In this document: positions 49,304 to 58,718 of the stretch, in pieces
How the letters are laid out: each line of letters begins with the position of its first letter
Position numbering within the stretch: position 1 is the first letter of the stretch
Source of the DNA: a virus
IMG/VR virus record: IMGVR_UViG_3300001765_000033
Span: 1-64,000 of that record
DNA length: 64,000 nucleotides
Direction: 5' to 3' (one strand)
Position numbers and translations under genes: made by a program
The notes under the pieces: model-generated
What the model was told of the DNA's origin: nothing
The model's input: the letters and a program-made list of their open reading frames with translations, nothing else
The model's database searches: none

Positions 49304-51382
49304 ATGCAATTAAATCAGCATAGCAACCCAAGCACTTCCAACATTGCATCCAAGGTGCAATTCGGGATTTCAAAGAACAGCACAAAGTTGTTCTCGATGT
49401 TGTCTACTTCATTGTATAGCAACAAAGAGCTTGCTGTGCTGTTTGAAATTGGAGCAAATTGCTCTGATGCACATGCTTTGAATGGCAATCAATACAAGCC
49501 TTGGGATTTGATTTGCCCAACGTCACTCGATCCAACAATTCGCTTTCGTGATTATGGGCCAGGTTTGTCTGAAGATCAGGTTTATTCTCTGCTGACAACT
49601 TATGGTGAATCCACAAAAGCAAATTCCAATGAGTTCATTGGAGCTTATGGTATTGGGTCAAAATCACCAGCAGCAGTGACTTCAAACTGGACTGTCATCA
49701 GCCGATTTGAAGGTGTGCTGACTGAATACTTGGTGTTCATTGACCAAAATGGTGTCCCTTCATTGTCAAAGATTCGTGAAGATTTGGATGATGTTTCTGG
49801 TCTTGAGGTTATCATTCCAGTGACACTAAATCGTTTTTATCTTTGGACTGACAAGATCAAAGTTGCTTATGCAAATTATAAGGTTCGCCCGAATGTAATC
49901 AATTATGTGCCATCTTATCCAGAAAATACCTCAGTAGCTTCTGGGGAAAATTGGAATTTGCATGGCGCAGTTTCGTATGGTAATCAGATTAAGTTTATTA
50001 CTACGCAACGGGAATACAGCTTTTCCGACAACGTAAAACATGAATTTGAAAAAGAAGATTTCATGAAGTTGTTGAGCACATCTATAAGTGTTCATTTTCC
50101 GATTGGTACTTTGGAAACATCTTTGTCTCGGGAAGATATTCAATACACACGCCACACGATTGAAAATATTCGCAAAACAATGCGTCAGGTTTTTGCTGAT
50201 GTTCGTGCGGAAATTGACACTATCTTAGCGCCCTCTACAGATCGTTTTCAGTTTTGTGAGAATGTCTATCTTGCTGCCAACAAATTTTTTGGTAGCGATG
50301 GTGGAATTTTGCAAATTCTGCAGATTGCAAGCCCTAATACATTCGGTATTGTCAATCGTGAAAATTTGCGTAACTATGAATTGAAGTTACAAAACTTTGA
50401 AAAAGAATGCAAGCCTAAAATCTTTAATGGTATTTCTTCAGTCAATGCTTTGACGAATCGATCAACCTGCTTTAAGTCTTTCAATATCATGATGGATAAA
50501 ACTCATGGTTTGATTGATAATTTTACCGTTAAATTATCAATGTCGGCTATTGGTAGAATCGTTATCGTTATTAATGATAGCAAAAATACCATCGCTAAAG
50601 TCAAATATAATCTAAAAGGAAAATATGCTCTTATTTCTGATAAAAACGTATTCCCTGAAGAATTGCAGCGACTTGTTATTCTATCGTCTTCGCTTGCATT
50701 GGCTCCAAAAGAAGTTAAGGTAAAAGTAAAGCGAGTTAAGCCAGCTTATGATATGTGGGAAATTCGTAAGAACTCGTTTGGACGTGTAGATTACAACACT
50801 CTTACTGACATGTCACACCCTTATGTTGCAGTTTCATTCACTGACAGTTTCAAAACTTCCAGTATGTCAACATTGCATTATAAATTGTGGCAAGCACTTA
50901 AAGACGATTCTAGCCTTAATATTGTTGCTCGTAAAGAAGGGGCAGACCTACCAAAGAATGTGGTAGACATTGAAGAATATGCTAACAATTATGTAGCAAC
51001 CCATAACACAGATGCTTTTTTCATAGAGCACAATGCTTACAATTTAATCAACCAAATTGATTATGATTATTCTTTTGCTGTCAATAGGCTAAAATCATCA
51101 TCTATTTGTACAACTGGAAATAGCAAATGGAATGAACTACAGCAAATGATAAAAACTGCGAGGTCTACTGCACCAAAAGACTCTGAAATTTCAACCAAAA
51201 TTTATAACACGCTGTTGCGTATTTGTACCATCCTTGGTGTTGCACCAAAGACACAACAATCATCAATGACACTTGACCAAATCAAGAATTCGTTGTATAC
51301 TACATATCCTATGCTAAAGTATGTTAACAGAGATGTTGATATGACTGCGCTAGAATCTTATCTTAATTTAACCGGAAAATAA
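49304..51382 (+). CDS. rIIA: rIIA protein
   Basis: LYSNK, N..DAH, RDYGPGL, STK, IGAYGIGSKSP, LSRE. Confidence 0.9.
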   Translation: MQLNQHSNPSTSNIASKVQFGISKNSTKLFSMLSTSLYSNKELAVLFEIGANCSDAHALNGNQYKPWDLICPTSLDPTIRFRDYGPGLSEDQVYSLLTTYGESTKANSNEFIGAYGIGSKSPAAVTSNWTVISRFEGVLTEYLVFIDQNGVPSLSKIREDLDDVSGLEVIIPVTLNRFYLWTDKIKVAYANYKVRPNVINYVPSYPENTSVASGENWNLHGAVSYGNQIKFITTQREYSFSDNVKHEFEKEDFMKLLSTSISVHFPIGTLETSLSREDIQYTRHTIENIRKTMRQVFADVRAEIDTILAPSTDRFQFCENVYLAANKFFGSDGGILQILQIASPNTFGIVNRENLRNYELKLQNFEKECKPKIFNGISSVNALTNRSTCFKSFNIMMDKTHGLIDNFTVKLSMSAIGRIVIVINDSKNTIAKVKYNLKGKYALISDKNVFPEELQRLVILSSSLALAPKEVKVKVKRVKPAYDMWEIRKNSFGRVDYNTLTDMSHPYVAVSFTDSFKTSSMSTLHYKLWQALKDDSSLNIVARKEGADLPKNVVDIEEYANNYVATHNTDAFFIEHNAYNLINQIDYDYSFAVNRLKSSSICTTGNSKWNELQQMIKTARSTAPKDSEISTKIYNTLLRICTILGVAPKTQQSSMTLDQIKNSLYTTYPMLKYVNRDVDMTALESYLNLTGK

Positions 51383-51391
51383 GGAATCATC

Positions 51392-52411
51392 ATGACACAT
51401 ACTTTTTTTATGACGGACGATCAAGTAACATTGATCAATTTGAGCAATGGCAATCGAGTTACCATCCATAGTGGCGACTCTCGTTTTGCAGAATTTTCAA
51501 AACTGGTGGCTGAAGGTGATTTTGTAAAAGCAGAATCCCTTGACGTTAAGGCAGTCGTTGCCACATTTGCCAGTGACTCAAATACCAAAGATTTTCGCGT
51601 GGAAATCAAAAATGGCGTCGGTTCTATCTACATTAACAATGTTTCTTATTTGCTTGAGCAAACTATTGTTAACAAGATCATCAAGATGCAGGCTCAGGGA
51701 TTTGATTCTAAGCCATTGATTGCTTTCCTGAAGAATTTGTATAACAACCCAAGCAAGGTTGCCGTTCAAGAGCTTTATTTGTTCTTGGAAAAAGCAGAAT
51801 TGCCAATTACTACAGATGGTTGCTTTATTGCATACAAGGTAATCCGCAACAATTACCTAGATATTCATTCTTCTACGTTTGATAACTCAGTTGGTGCAGT
51901 GTGCTCAATGCCTCGCTTTGAAGTGGACGATGTTCGTTCAAATACATGTTCAGCTGGTTTGCATTTTTGCAGTCGCAGTTATCTATCTCAGTTTGGTTCT
52001 GGCCGCATGGACGATGACCGTTGCGTCTTGGTTAAGATTAATCCTGCTGATGTGGTGTCTATTCCATCCGATTACAACAATGCAAAAGGACGCACATGCC
52101 GCTATGAAGTTGTTGGTGAAGTTACCGCCGAAAACTGGCGCAGTGATTTGACAAACAAGGACTTTACTGAAAGTGCTGTGGTCGATGATTATGACGAAGA
52201 TGAAGACGAGTATGACGAAGACGAATTTGATGAAGCTGAAGCTGAATATAAAACATTTTCGCAAACATTGGCTTCTCGTATCGTAGACGATGGTTACTAT
52301 TTTGATGATACAGTTGATCGTTGGCGCAATGAGTCAGGTCGGATGGTTTCTCGTGTGACACTATCTGATCTTTTTGATGTCGATGTTTCAGATATCGTAG
52401 AACTAGAATAA
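51392..52411 (+). CDS. rIIB: rIIB protein
   Basis: ELYLFL, ITTDGCFIAYK, CSAGLH, P.DVVSIP.DY. Confidence 0.92.
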   Translation: MTHTFFMTDDQVTLINLSNGNRVTIHSGDSRFAEFSKLVAEGDFVKAESLDVKAVVATFASDSNTKDFRVEIKNGVGSIYINNVSYLLEQTIVNKIIKMQAQGFDSKPLIAFLKNLYNNPSKVAVQELYLFLEKAELPITTDGCFIAYKVIRNNYLDIHSSTFDNSVGAVCSMPRFEVDDVRSNTCSAGLHFCSRSYLSQFGSGRMDDDRCVLVKINPADVVSIPSDYNNAKGRTCRYEVVGEVTAENWRSDLTNKDFTESAVVDDYDEDEDEYDEDEFDEAEAEYKTFSQTLASRIVDDGYYFDDTVDRWRNESGRMVSRVTLSDLFDVDVSDIVELE

Positions 52412-52423
52412 AAATTCTAACAT

Positions 52424-52464
52424 TTAAAGACCTAACTGTGCTAAAATGGCAGTTAGGTCTTTAA
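52424..52464 (+). terminator. 15-bp hairpin after rIIB with TGcTAAAAT in the loop
   Basis: TTAAAGACCTAACTG / CAGTTAGGTCTTTAA. Confidence 0.7.
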
Positions 52465-52480
52465 CGCATCTAAGGAAATA

Positions 52481-52792
52481 ATGACAAAAGGTATAAAATT
52501 TGATCAAGGTAAACCAGAGTATGGTTTGATTCCGCCACATGCTTTACATGAAATGGTTAAGGTGTTGACGGTTGGCGCATCTAAGTATGCTAGAGATAAT
52601 TGGCAGATTGTGTCAGATCGTGAACGAAGATATTTTGATGCCCTACAACGACATTTATGGGCATGGAAACGAGGCGAAAAATATGATGCTGAAGACGGGT
52701 TACACCATTTAGCTCATGCTGCTTGCTGTGTATTTTTTCTATATGAAGTAGATGAAATTTTTGGTGAAAATTTAAATAATGAAGGAAAATAA
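52481..52792 (+). CDS. DUF5664 dATP/dGTP diphosphohydrolase-like protein
   Basis: KFDQGK, GASKY..DNW, RH..AW..GE..D...GL.HLAHA. Confidence 0.8.
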   Translation: MTKGIKFDQGKPEYGLIPPHALHEMVKVLTVGASKYARDNWQIVSDRERRYFDALQRHLWAWKRGEKYDAEDGLHHLAHAACCVFFLYEVDEIFGENLNNEGK

Positions 52793-53457
52793 TGTTAATC
52801 TCTAAACAAACACTGGATATCGCTAAGAATTTTGCTGCTATTAATAGCAATTTCTTGATTAAGAAAGGCAAAATTCAACAGACAATGAGTGTGTCTCGTG
52901 ATATTATGGCTGAAATCGAATTCGCAGAAGACTTTCCTCAAGAGGCTGGTATCTTTAATATGAACGAATTCCTTGGAGTAATCTCACTGTTTTCTACTCC
53001 AGACTTTGCATTTGATACAAAATATGTCACTGTCAGCGAAGGTAAAAATAAAATCAAATATGTTTATGCTGATGCATCGTTACTAACAGTGCCTAATAAA
53101 ACTCTCGTTATGCCTACTCCAGAAGTGACCCTTGACCTATCAGAAGATAGCTTAAAAAAGATGCAGAAGGCTGCGAATGTTTTGTCAGTTGGTGATCTAG
53201 CTATCATTGGTGATGGTAAGACATTGACCGCAAAAGTGTTTGATATCAAAAATCCGACCAGTAACAATTTTGAATTGGAATTGGGTGAACACACAGGAAA
53301 CGAGTTTGAAGTTTATTTCAAGTTAGATAAGTTAGTTAAGCTGTATCCTGGCAGCTATACGGTGCAGGTATCGTCTAAGAAAATTAGCCAATTCAAGCAC
53401 AATGACATTAACCTAAAAGTATGGATTGCGATTGAAGCTAACTCAAAATTTGTTTGA
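52792..53457 (+). CDS. gp45: Sliding clamp gp45
   Basis: KNFAAIN, GIF...EFL, WIAIE. Confidence 0.92.
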   Translation: MLISKQTLDIAKNFAAINSNFLIKKGKIQQTMSVSRDIMAEIEFAEDFPQEAGIFNMNEFLGVISLFSTPDFAFDTKYVTVSEGKNKIKYVYADASLLTVPNKTLVMPTPEVTLDLSEDSLKKMQKAANVLSVGDLAIIGDGKTLTAKVFDIKNPTSNNFELELGEHTGNEFEVYFKLDKLVKLYPGSYTVQVSSKKISQFKHNDINLKVWIAIEANSKFV

Positions 53458-53459
53458 TC

Positions 53460-54413
53460 ATGGCGTTATACCAAAAAGAAAATCAGTATGTCTGGAGCGA
53501 AAAATTTAGACCCAATAGGATTGCTGATTTAATTTTACCAGAGCATATTAAATCTACCTTGCTTGGATATGTTAAGCAAGGTAAGATTCCAAATCTGCTG
53601 TTTTCTGGTGGTGCGGGTCAAGGAAAAACTTCTGCCGCTAGAGCATTGTGTGAAGAGGTAGGTTGTGATTATATTTTAATCAATGCGTCCAATGAAGGTA
53701 GCGTTGATGTTCTACGAACAAAAATAACGCAATTTGCGTCCACAACTTCTTTTAGTGATGCTAAAAAAGTTATCATTTTGGATGAATTTGATCATGCTGG
53801 TGCTATTTTTTCGGTAGCACTACGAGCATTCATCGAAGAGTATTCATCAAATTGCACTTTTATTTTGACCTGCAATTTTCCAAAAAGAATTATTGAGCCA
53901 ATTCATTCTCGTTGCGGGTTCGTTGATTTTAAGATTGCAGCTAAAGAACGGCCAGAATTGGCGAATCAATTTTATAAACGTGTCATACAAATTCTCGAAA
54001 ATGAAAATGTAGAATACGATAAAAAGGTTGTTAGCGAAGTCGTTTCAAAGCACTTTCCAGACTTCAGAAGGTGCCTTAGTGAGCTTCAAAAATATTCTGC
54101 GTCTGGTAGGATAGATTCTGGTATTTTGGTCAACATGGACGAGGCATCGTTCAAATTGTTGATAACTTCACTGAAGGCTAAAAAATGGATGGACATGCGC
54201 AAATGGGTTTCTAACAATCCAGACATCGATTCTGCTCAGTTTTTCAGAATGTTTTATGATACTGCAGTTCAATTGGTTAAACCAAAATGCATTCCAGAGT
54301 TGATTCTTTTGATCAGCCAGTATCAGATTTATGCCTCTCAAGTTGCTGATCAGGAAATTAACAATGTCGCCTTCTTAACGGAAATGCTGACTGGCAGCAT
54401 TGAATTCAATTGA
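53460..54413 (+). CDS. gp44: Clamp loader large subunit gp44
   Basis: W.EKFRP, GQGKT, LDEFD, SRC, FPDFR. Confidence 0.95.
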   Translation: MALYQKENQYVWSEKFRPNRIADLILPEHIKSTLLGYVKQGKIPNLLFSGGAGQGKTSAARALCEEVGCDYILINASNEGSVDVLRTKITQFASTTSFSDAKKVIILDEFDHAGAIFSVALRAFIEEYSSNCTFILTCNFPKRIIEPIHSRCGFVDFKIAAKERPELANQFYKRVIQILENENVEYDKKVVSEVVSKHFPDFRRCLSELQKYSASGRIDSGILVNMDEASFKLLITSLKAKKWMDMRKWVSNNPDIDSAQFFRMFYDTAVQLVKPKCIPELILLISQYQIYASQVADQEINNVAFLTEMLTGSIEFN

Positions 54414-54778
54414 GTCCATTTGATTATGTGAAGTCATTCTCATCCAAAGAAAATGTTTGGACAGAAGATGATGGCAAAAATTACGAACCGTGGATGATAA
54501 ATAAAAGCTTATCGTTCATGAAGGATTGTATTTTTGCTGCTAATGAAATGAATAAAAAATTCAACTTGGATAAAAAGTTGCAACATGATTTTCTTTTTAA
54601 TTTCATTCCAAAGGGTAAAAGATTTGGTGCATGGATGAAAAAAGAAATCGATCCGAATGTTCAAATTATTTCTGAATATTTTTGTATAAATAATGTGTTG
54701 GCAGAGAAATATATTTCTCTTCTGACACAAGAACAATTACAAGAAATCAAAAATAAAATGAACAGAGGTGGCAGGTGA
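54410..54778 (+). CDS. gp62: Clamp loader small subunit gp62
   Basis: SPFDY, Y.P.MIN..LS, ANEMN, KRF..W. Confidence 0.9.
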   Translation: MSPFDYVKSFSSKENVWTEDDGKNYEPWMINKSLSFMKDCIFAANEMNKKFNLDKKLQHDFLFNFIPKGKRFGAWMKKEIDPNVQIISEYFCINNVLAEKYISLLTQEQLQEIKNKMNRGGR

Positions 54779-55173
54779 ATGATGAATTAAATATTGGAGT
54801 TGCCGTTGAATTAAAAAATCCAGATGACTTTCTTTTAATCAAAGAGTCATTAACGAGAATTGGTGTAGCTAATATAAAAGATAAAAAGTTATACCAAAGT
54901 GTGAATTTACTTCATAAAAGAGGTAAATATTATATTATGCACTTTAAGGAAATGTTTCTGCTAGATGGTAAATCTGCAGACATTTCTGATGAAGATATTG
55001 GACGAAGAAATTTGATCGTGTCGTTATTGCAAGATTGGGGTTTGCTCAAAGTTAAAAATTTAGAGCAAATTGCCTTTAAGTCTTCAATGTCAACAATTAA
55101 AATTTTATCGTTCGTTGAGAAATCGCAGTGGTCGTGTATCCCTAAATACACAATTGGAAATCGTAAACACTAA
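54775..55173 (+). CDS. regA: Translational repressor RegA
   Basis: DDFL.IKE.LTRIG, LYQS..LLHK.GKYYI.HFKE. Confidence 0.95.
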   Translation: MNDELNIGVAVELKNPDDFLLIKESLTRIGVANIKDKKLYQSVNLLHKRGKYYIMHFKEMFLLDGKSADISDEDIGRRNLIVSLLQDWGLLKVKNLEQIAFKSSMSTIKILSFVEKSQWSCIPKYTIGNRKH

Positions 55174-55188
55174 ATAATGGAGTAAAGT

Positions 55189-55386
55189 ATGGATGAAAAA
55201 CTAAATTTGTCGCTAGAAGTAAAAGATATTAATAACACTTTGAACGCATTGGGTCAAATGCCTTATGTTCAGGTTGTTGATTTGATTGGAAATATTAAAT
55301 CACAAGCAGAATCACAGCTACAACGGAAACAGCAACAAGCAGAATCTGTTGAGCAAAAACCGCAGTTTCTACAAGAATCTGCGTAA
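55189..55386 (+). CDS. Hypothetical protein
   Basis: L..LG..PY..V..LI pattern; good RBS. Confidence 0.6.
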   Translation: MDEKLNLSLEVKDINNTLNALGQMPYVQVVDLIGNIKSQAESQLQRKQQQAESVEQKPQFLQESA

Positions 55387-55472
55387 TAAAAATTTGGGGA
55401 GTATTTCTCCAAATCATTGATGCCCATTATGGGGTCAATGCCATTTAAATCGTCCTTAAAGGAGAAAATAAA

Positions 55473-55919
55473 ATGAGTATATCACGTCAATATATGCCCA
55501 GCAATTGGGTTGGTTTCGAGTCATTTTTTAATGATCTTGATCGTTTGTCTTTATCCGGTGATCGGAGTCCAAATTGGCCCCCATACAACATCAAAAAAAT
55601 TGATGACACTAACTTTGCAATTGAACTTGCAATTTCTGGTTTCGCAATTAAAGATGTTGTTATTACATCAAAAGAAAACGTCTTGACTATCGTGGGCGAT
55701 CAGCCAACTACAGATGATAATCAATATATCTACAAAGGTATCGCATCGAGGAAATTTTCAAGGTCGTTCACCATCGCTGATAATGTATTTATCAAAAATG
55801 CATCTTTGGTAAATGGTATGTTGACTGTATACCTTGAACGAATTTTACTAGAGGCAAAGAAAATGAAGACAATCGAGATTCTTCCCGATGATCCAGTGCC
55901 AAAAATTGCACTGACCTGA
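55473..55919 (+). CDS. hsp20: Small heat shock protein Hsp20
   Basis: PPYNI, ELAISGF, YKGIASRKF.RSF, NGML.V.L. Confidence 0.93.
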   Translation: MSISRQYMPSNWVGFESFFNDLDRLSLSGDRSPNWPPYNIKKIDDTNFAIELAISGFAIKDVVITSKENVLTIVGDQPTTDDNQYIYKGIASRKFSRSFTIADNVFIKNASLVNGMLTVYLERILLEAKKMKTIEILPDDPVPKIALT

Positions 55920-55930
55920 TCTAAATAATT

Positions 55931-55950
55931 GAGGGCGCAAGCCCTCTTTT
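55931..55950 (+). terminator. Terminator after hsp20
   Basis: GAGGGC-GCAA-GCCCTC-TTTT. Confidence 0.8.
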
Positions 55951-55971
55951 CAATTTCAGGGAGATACAAAA

Positions 55972-56166
55972 ATGCTAAAGTCCTTTGAAAAAGTTTGCTC
56001 AAATCAGTGGATTTTCAAAATGTCCGTTGATGATTATATGAAGTCGGTGATGTTGGTTTCTATAAATTTTCCTCATGACTGGACTAACGTAAGATTTTTT
56101 AAGTGTGTCGAAGACGCAACACTTTTTGCAAATTGTTTAAATATTCAAGGAAAAATCATAACCTAA
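55972..56166 (+). CDS. Hypothetical protein
   Basis: GGAG RBS; 64 aa. Confidence 0.5.
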   Translation: MLKSFEKVCSNQWIFKMSVDDYMKSVMLVSINFPHDWTNVRFFKCVEDATLFANCLNIQGKIIT

Positions 56167-56220
56167 GAGTAAAGCATGATACAATTCAGTCTTCAGCAAA
56201 CACTTTAGGATTGAATCATC

Positions 56221-56535
56221 ATGGCAAACGTCCTCACTGTCGGTATCTTCAATGTTAGCATCGTAGAAATCGGTGAAAAGTATGGTAATGGTGCAGTAAA
56301 CAATTATTCTGAGCCTTTGGTTGTTTTTCATGACAACCGTTTCGTTCGTCCTGACATTGGTTGGGTTCACGGTCAACAAGTGTCTTCTTATTTGGTGTCT
56401 ACCATGCTTGAACGTAACTCTCGTTATGGTCTGAACTTGGATGGTGGAATCCCTGAGTGGTCTGTCAGTGCTTCCGACATGAATAAAGTTTCTTTGTGGT
56501 TGAACGAATATTTGTTGCAATCCGTAGAATTCTGA
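56221..56535 (+). CDS. Hypothetical early protein
   Basis: Follows promoter motif; ends L.LDGGIPEW. Confidence 0.65.
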   Translation: MANVLTVGIFNVSIVEIGEKYGNGAVNNYSEPLVVFHDNRFVRPDIGWVHGQQVSSYLVSTMLERNSRYGLNLDGGIPEWSVSASDMNKVSLWLNEYLLQSVEF

Positions 56536-56577
56536 GTTATAATTCAGTTCTTCCAATAAACTTCGTAGGATTTTATT

Positions 56578-56754
56578 ATGAAACACGATTCTTGGGTTCC
56601 TGCTTGTGGTGGTACTGAATTGCCTTTCAAGACTCGTTCTGGTAAGGTTTTGCAATATATGTGGAACCGTACCACTGGTGATCACGCTTACTACTGTGTG
56701 ACCGATGATCTTTTCTTGTCTGATGAAGACGCTCGTTTGTATTTAGGAGTTTGA
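56578..56754 (+). CDS. Small hypothetical protein (58 aa, not in ORF track)
   Basis: AGGA RBS; MKHDSWVPACGGTE.PF...; own promoter motif at 56534. Confidence 0.65.
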   Translation: MKHDSWVPACGGTELPFKTRSGKVLQYMWNRTTGDHAYYCVTDDLFLSDEDARLYLGV

Positions 56755-57107
56755 TTGTGAATAAAACTGCATGGGTAGCTTGGTCCAATACTGATTTGAA
56801 TGAGGGTAGAGGGTTAATTTTTCCTCTTTTTGTCTGCGAATTAAAAGAAACCGCATTGCGAAAAGGTAAAGGACATGATGTACAAGGGTCAGATTGTAGC
56901 GTCACAGAAGTCGAGCTTGTACAGAAAGGTTCTTTAGTGTATGGTCCTATTGTCCTCATTCCTGGATCAAAAGAAGATATTGCATTAGCAGCCAAAAATA
57001 AAATTGCAGACGAACGAAAAGAAAAACTTAAAGAAGTGATAGGTAGAGCTAAAGACCTTGGGATGTCTGATAAAGATATTAATTTGTTGTTGCAAGGTTT
57101 AGTGTAA
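56751..57107 (+). CDS. Hypothetical protein
   Basis: NTDLNEGRG; coupled to neighbours. Confidence 0.6.
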   Translation: MIVNKTAWVAWSNTDLNEGRGLIFPLFVCELKETALRKGKGHDVQGSDCSVTEVELVQKGSLVYGPIVLIPGSKEDIALAAKNKIADERKEKLKEVIGRAKDLGMSDKDINLLLQGLV

Positions 57108-57367
57108 TGCGTACAAAATTTTTACCATCATGTAGGTCGTGTGAACATTACAGTGTTCACAAAGAAACTGAAAGTTGGGAAATGCCTCACATTGCTTGGT
57201 GGGGTCATTTGTGTGATGCAAAACCTGGTGTTTCAAATTTGAGACAATTTCCGTTTCAAAACACCAAGTGTGCTAAACACTCCAATAAAAATAAGAGTGT
57301 TCCTGCTGGCTACACTGAAGAAGAGCTTGAACGCGACAGCCCTTACAATGGTTGGTTGTCAGAATGA
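57107..57367 (+). CDS. Hypothetical Cys-containing protein
   Basis: TAATG overlap; CxxC. Confidence 0.55.
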   Translation: MRTKFLPSCRSCEHYSVHKETESWEMPHIAWWGHLCDAKPGVSNLRQFPFQNTKCAKHSNKNKSVPAGYTEEELERDSPYNGWLSE

Positions 57368-57451
57368 GACACTTTTAAAAATATTTGTGCTTGGTTTCGT
57401 TTTTGATAAAAATTGCTGCTATAATTCAGTCATCGGCAACAAAACCGGAAA

Positions 57452-58657
57452 TTGAAAATGTCAAACTTCTACGAAATTCCTTCTCACAACTTCAGCTTCT
57501 TGGAAGCCCACATCGAAAAGCTGAACAAGACTGCCACGAAACTCGGTTGCGTTCCGACCGAAATGTTTGTGATGTTTCCTTTTTCCAAGAACATCGGTAC
57601 TGCCGATGAGCCTAAGTTCATCGAGTTTCTGAAGGTGTCTGTTGATGGTAAGTCTCCTGTTTTGGATGGTTGGACTTTCATTGGTAAGCGTGAGCCAATT
57701 GAAGGTTCCACTTCTGTCTTGACAAAAACTGCTCCTAATTCGGTAGTACCTGTTGAATTTTCTGATGACCATGCTCTGAAATGCGATCATTGCCACAAGA
57801 AAAATTCTCGTCGCATTTTCACCTATTTGGTTCAAAAAGAAGAGCAAACTCTTGAAGTTGGTAAAACTTGCCTGAAAGATTTCATCGGTCATGGTGATCC
57901 AGAAAAGCTTGCTGCTTATGCTGAATCGCTGTTTGATATCAATTCTTATGCTCAATCTTTGATTGACCCAGATTACATGGGTGGTGGTCGTGTTGTTTTG
58001 ACTGCTGATCTTGAATACATGGTTACTCTTGCTGTTGCTCAAATTCGCCAACACGGGTTTGTGTCAGGTAAGCTTGCTTCAGAAGAAATGATTATTGCGA
58101 CTTCTTCTTATGTCCACGATCACCTTTTTCCTCCCATGTTTTCTAAACTCAATGAGCACACGATTAGCTTTAATGAGCAAGATGAAAAGAATGCAGTTGC
58201 TGCTATTGCTTTCTTGAAAAATCATCCTAAAGCTGGTGTCGAAGAGTTTTGGACAAATCTTTCTAAGATCGTTTCTCTTGACTATGCGCCAGGTAAAATG
58301 CTTGGTTACATTTGTGCCGGTGTCAATTTCTACCTGAAATCTCTCGTTGTTTCCTCTGGTGATTTTGATCAAGCTCCGATTGCAGAAGCTGGTCAAAAAG
58401 TCGAAGTTTCTGGTGAAGTTTTGTCAGCTTTTGCTTACGATACAGCTTTCGGCACAAAACACATTTTTACAGTCAAGACCGATTCTAACAAGCTGATCAA
58501 AATGTTTACATGTAGTGGTTGGAATGTCGAAAAGGGTTCTCGTGTTTGCATCAAGGGCAAGGTTGGTTCTTTTGAAGTCGAGTCTTTTGCTCGTAGCCCA
58601 TTCAAAGGTAAATTCGTCACGACAATGGCTCCACGAGCCAAAATCGTTCTAGCCTAA
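57452..58657 (+). CDS. Early protein with Zn-binding motif and C-terminal OB-fold-like region
   Basis: CDHC...R...VG.TCLKDF; follows promoter motif. Confidence 0.6.
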   Translation: MKMSNFYEIPSHNFSFLEAHIEKLNKTATKLGCVPTEMFVMFPFSKNIGTADEPKFIEFLKVSVDGKSPVLDGWTFIGKREPIEGSTSVLTKTAPNSVVPVEFSDDHALKCDHCHKKNSRRIFTYLVQKEEQTLEVGKTCLKDFIGHGDPEKLAAYAESLFDINSYAQSLIDPDYMGGGRVVLTADLEYMVTLAVAQIRQHGFVSGKLASEEMIIATSSYVHDHLFPPMFSKLNEHTISFNEQDEKNAVAAIAFLKNHPKAGVEEFWTNLSKIVSLDYAPGKMLGYICAGVNFYLKSLVVSSGDFDQAPIAEAGQKVEVSGEVLSAFAYDTAFGTKHIFTVKTDSNKLIKMFTCSGWNVEKGSRVCIKGKVGSFEVESFARSPFKGKFVTTMAPRAKIVLA

Positions 58658-58674
58658 AAATTAGGTAAATAACA

Positions 58675-58707
58675 AGGCCTGTGGTACAATATCACAGGTC
58701 TTTTTTT
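58675..58707 (+). terminator. Terminator hairpin with TGgTACAAT at the loop, upstream of gp43
   Basis: AGGCCTGTG-GTACAATAT-CACAGGTCT followed by a T-run. Confidence 0.75.
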
Positions 58708-58718
58708 ATTGGAGAATT

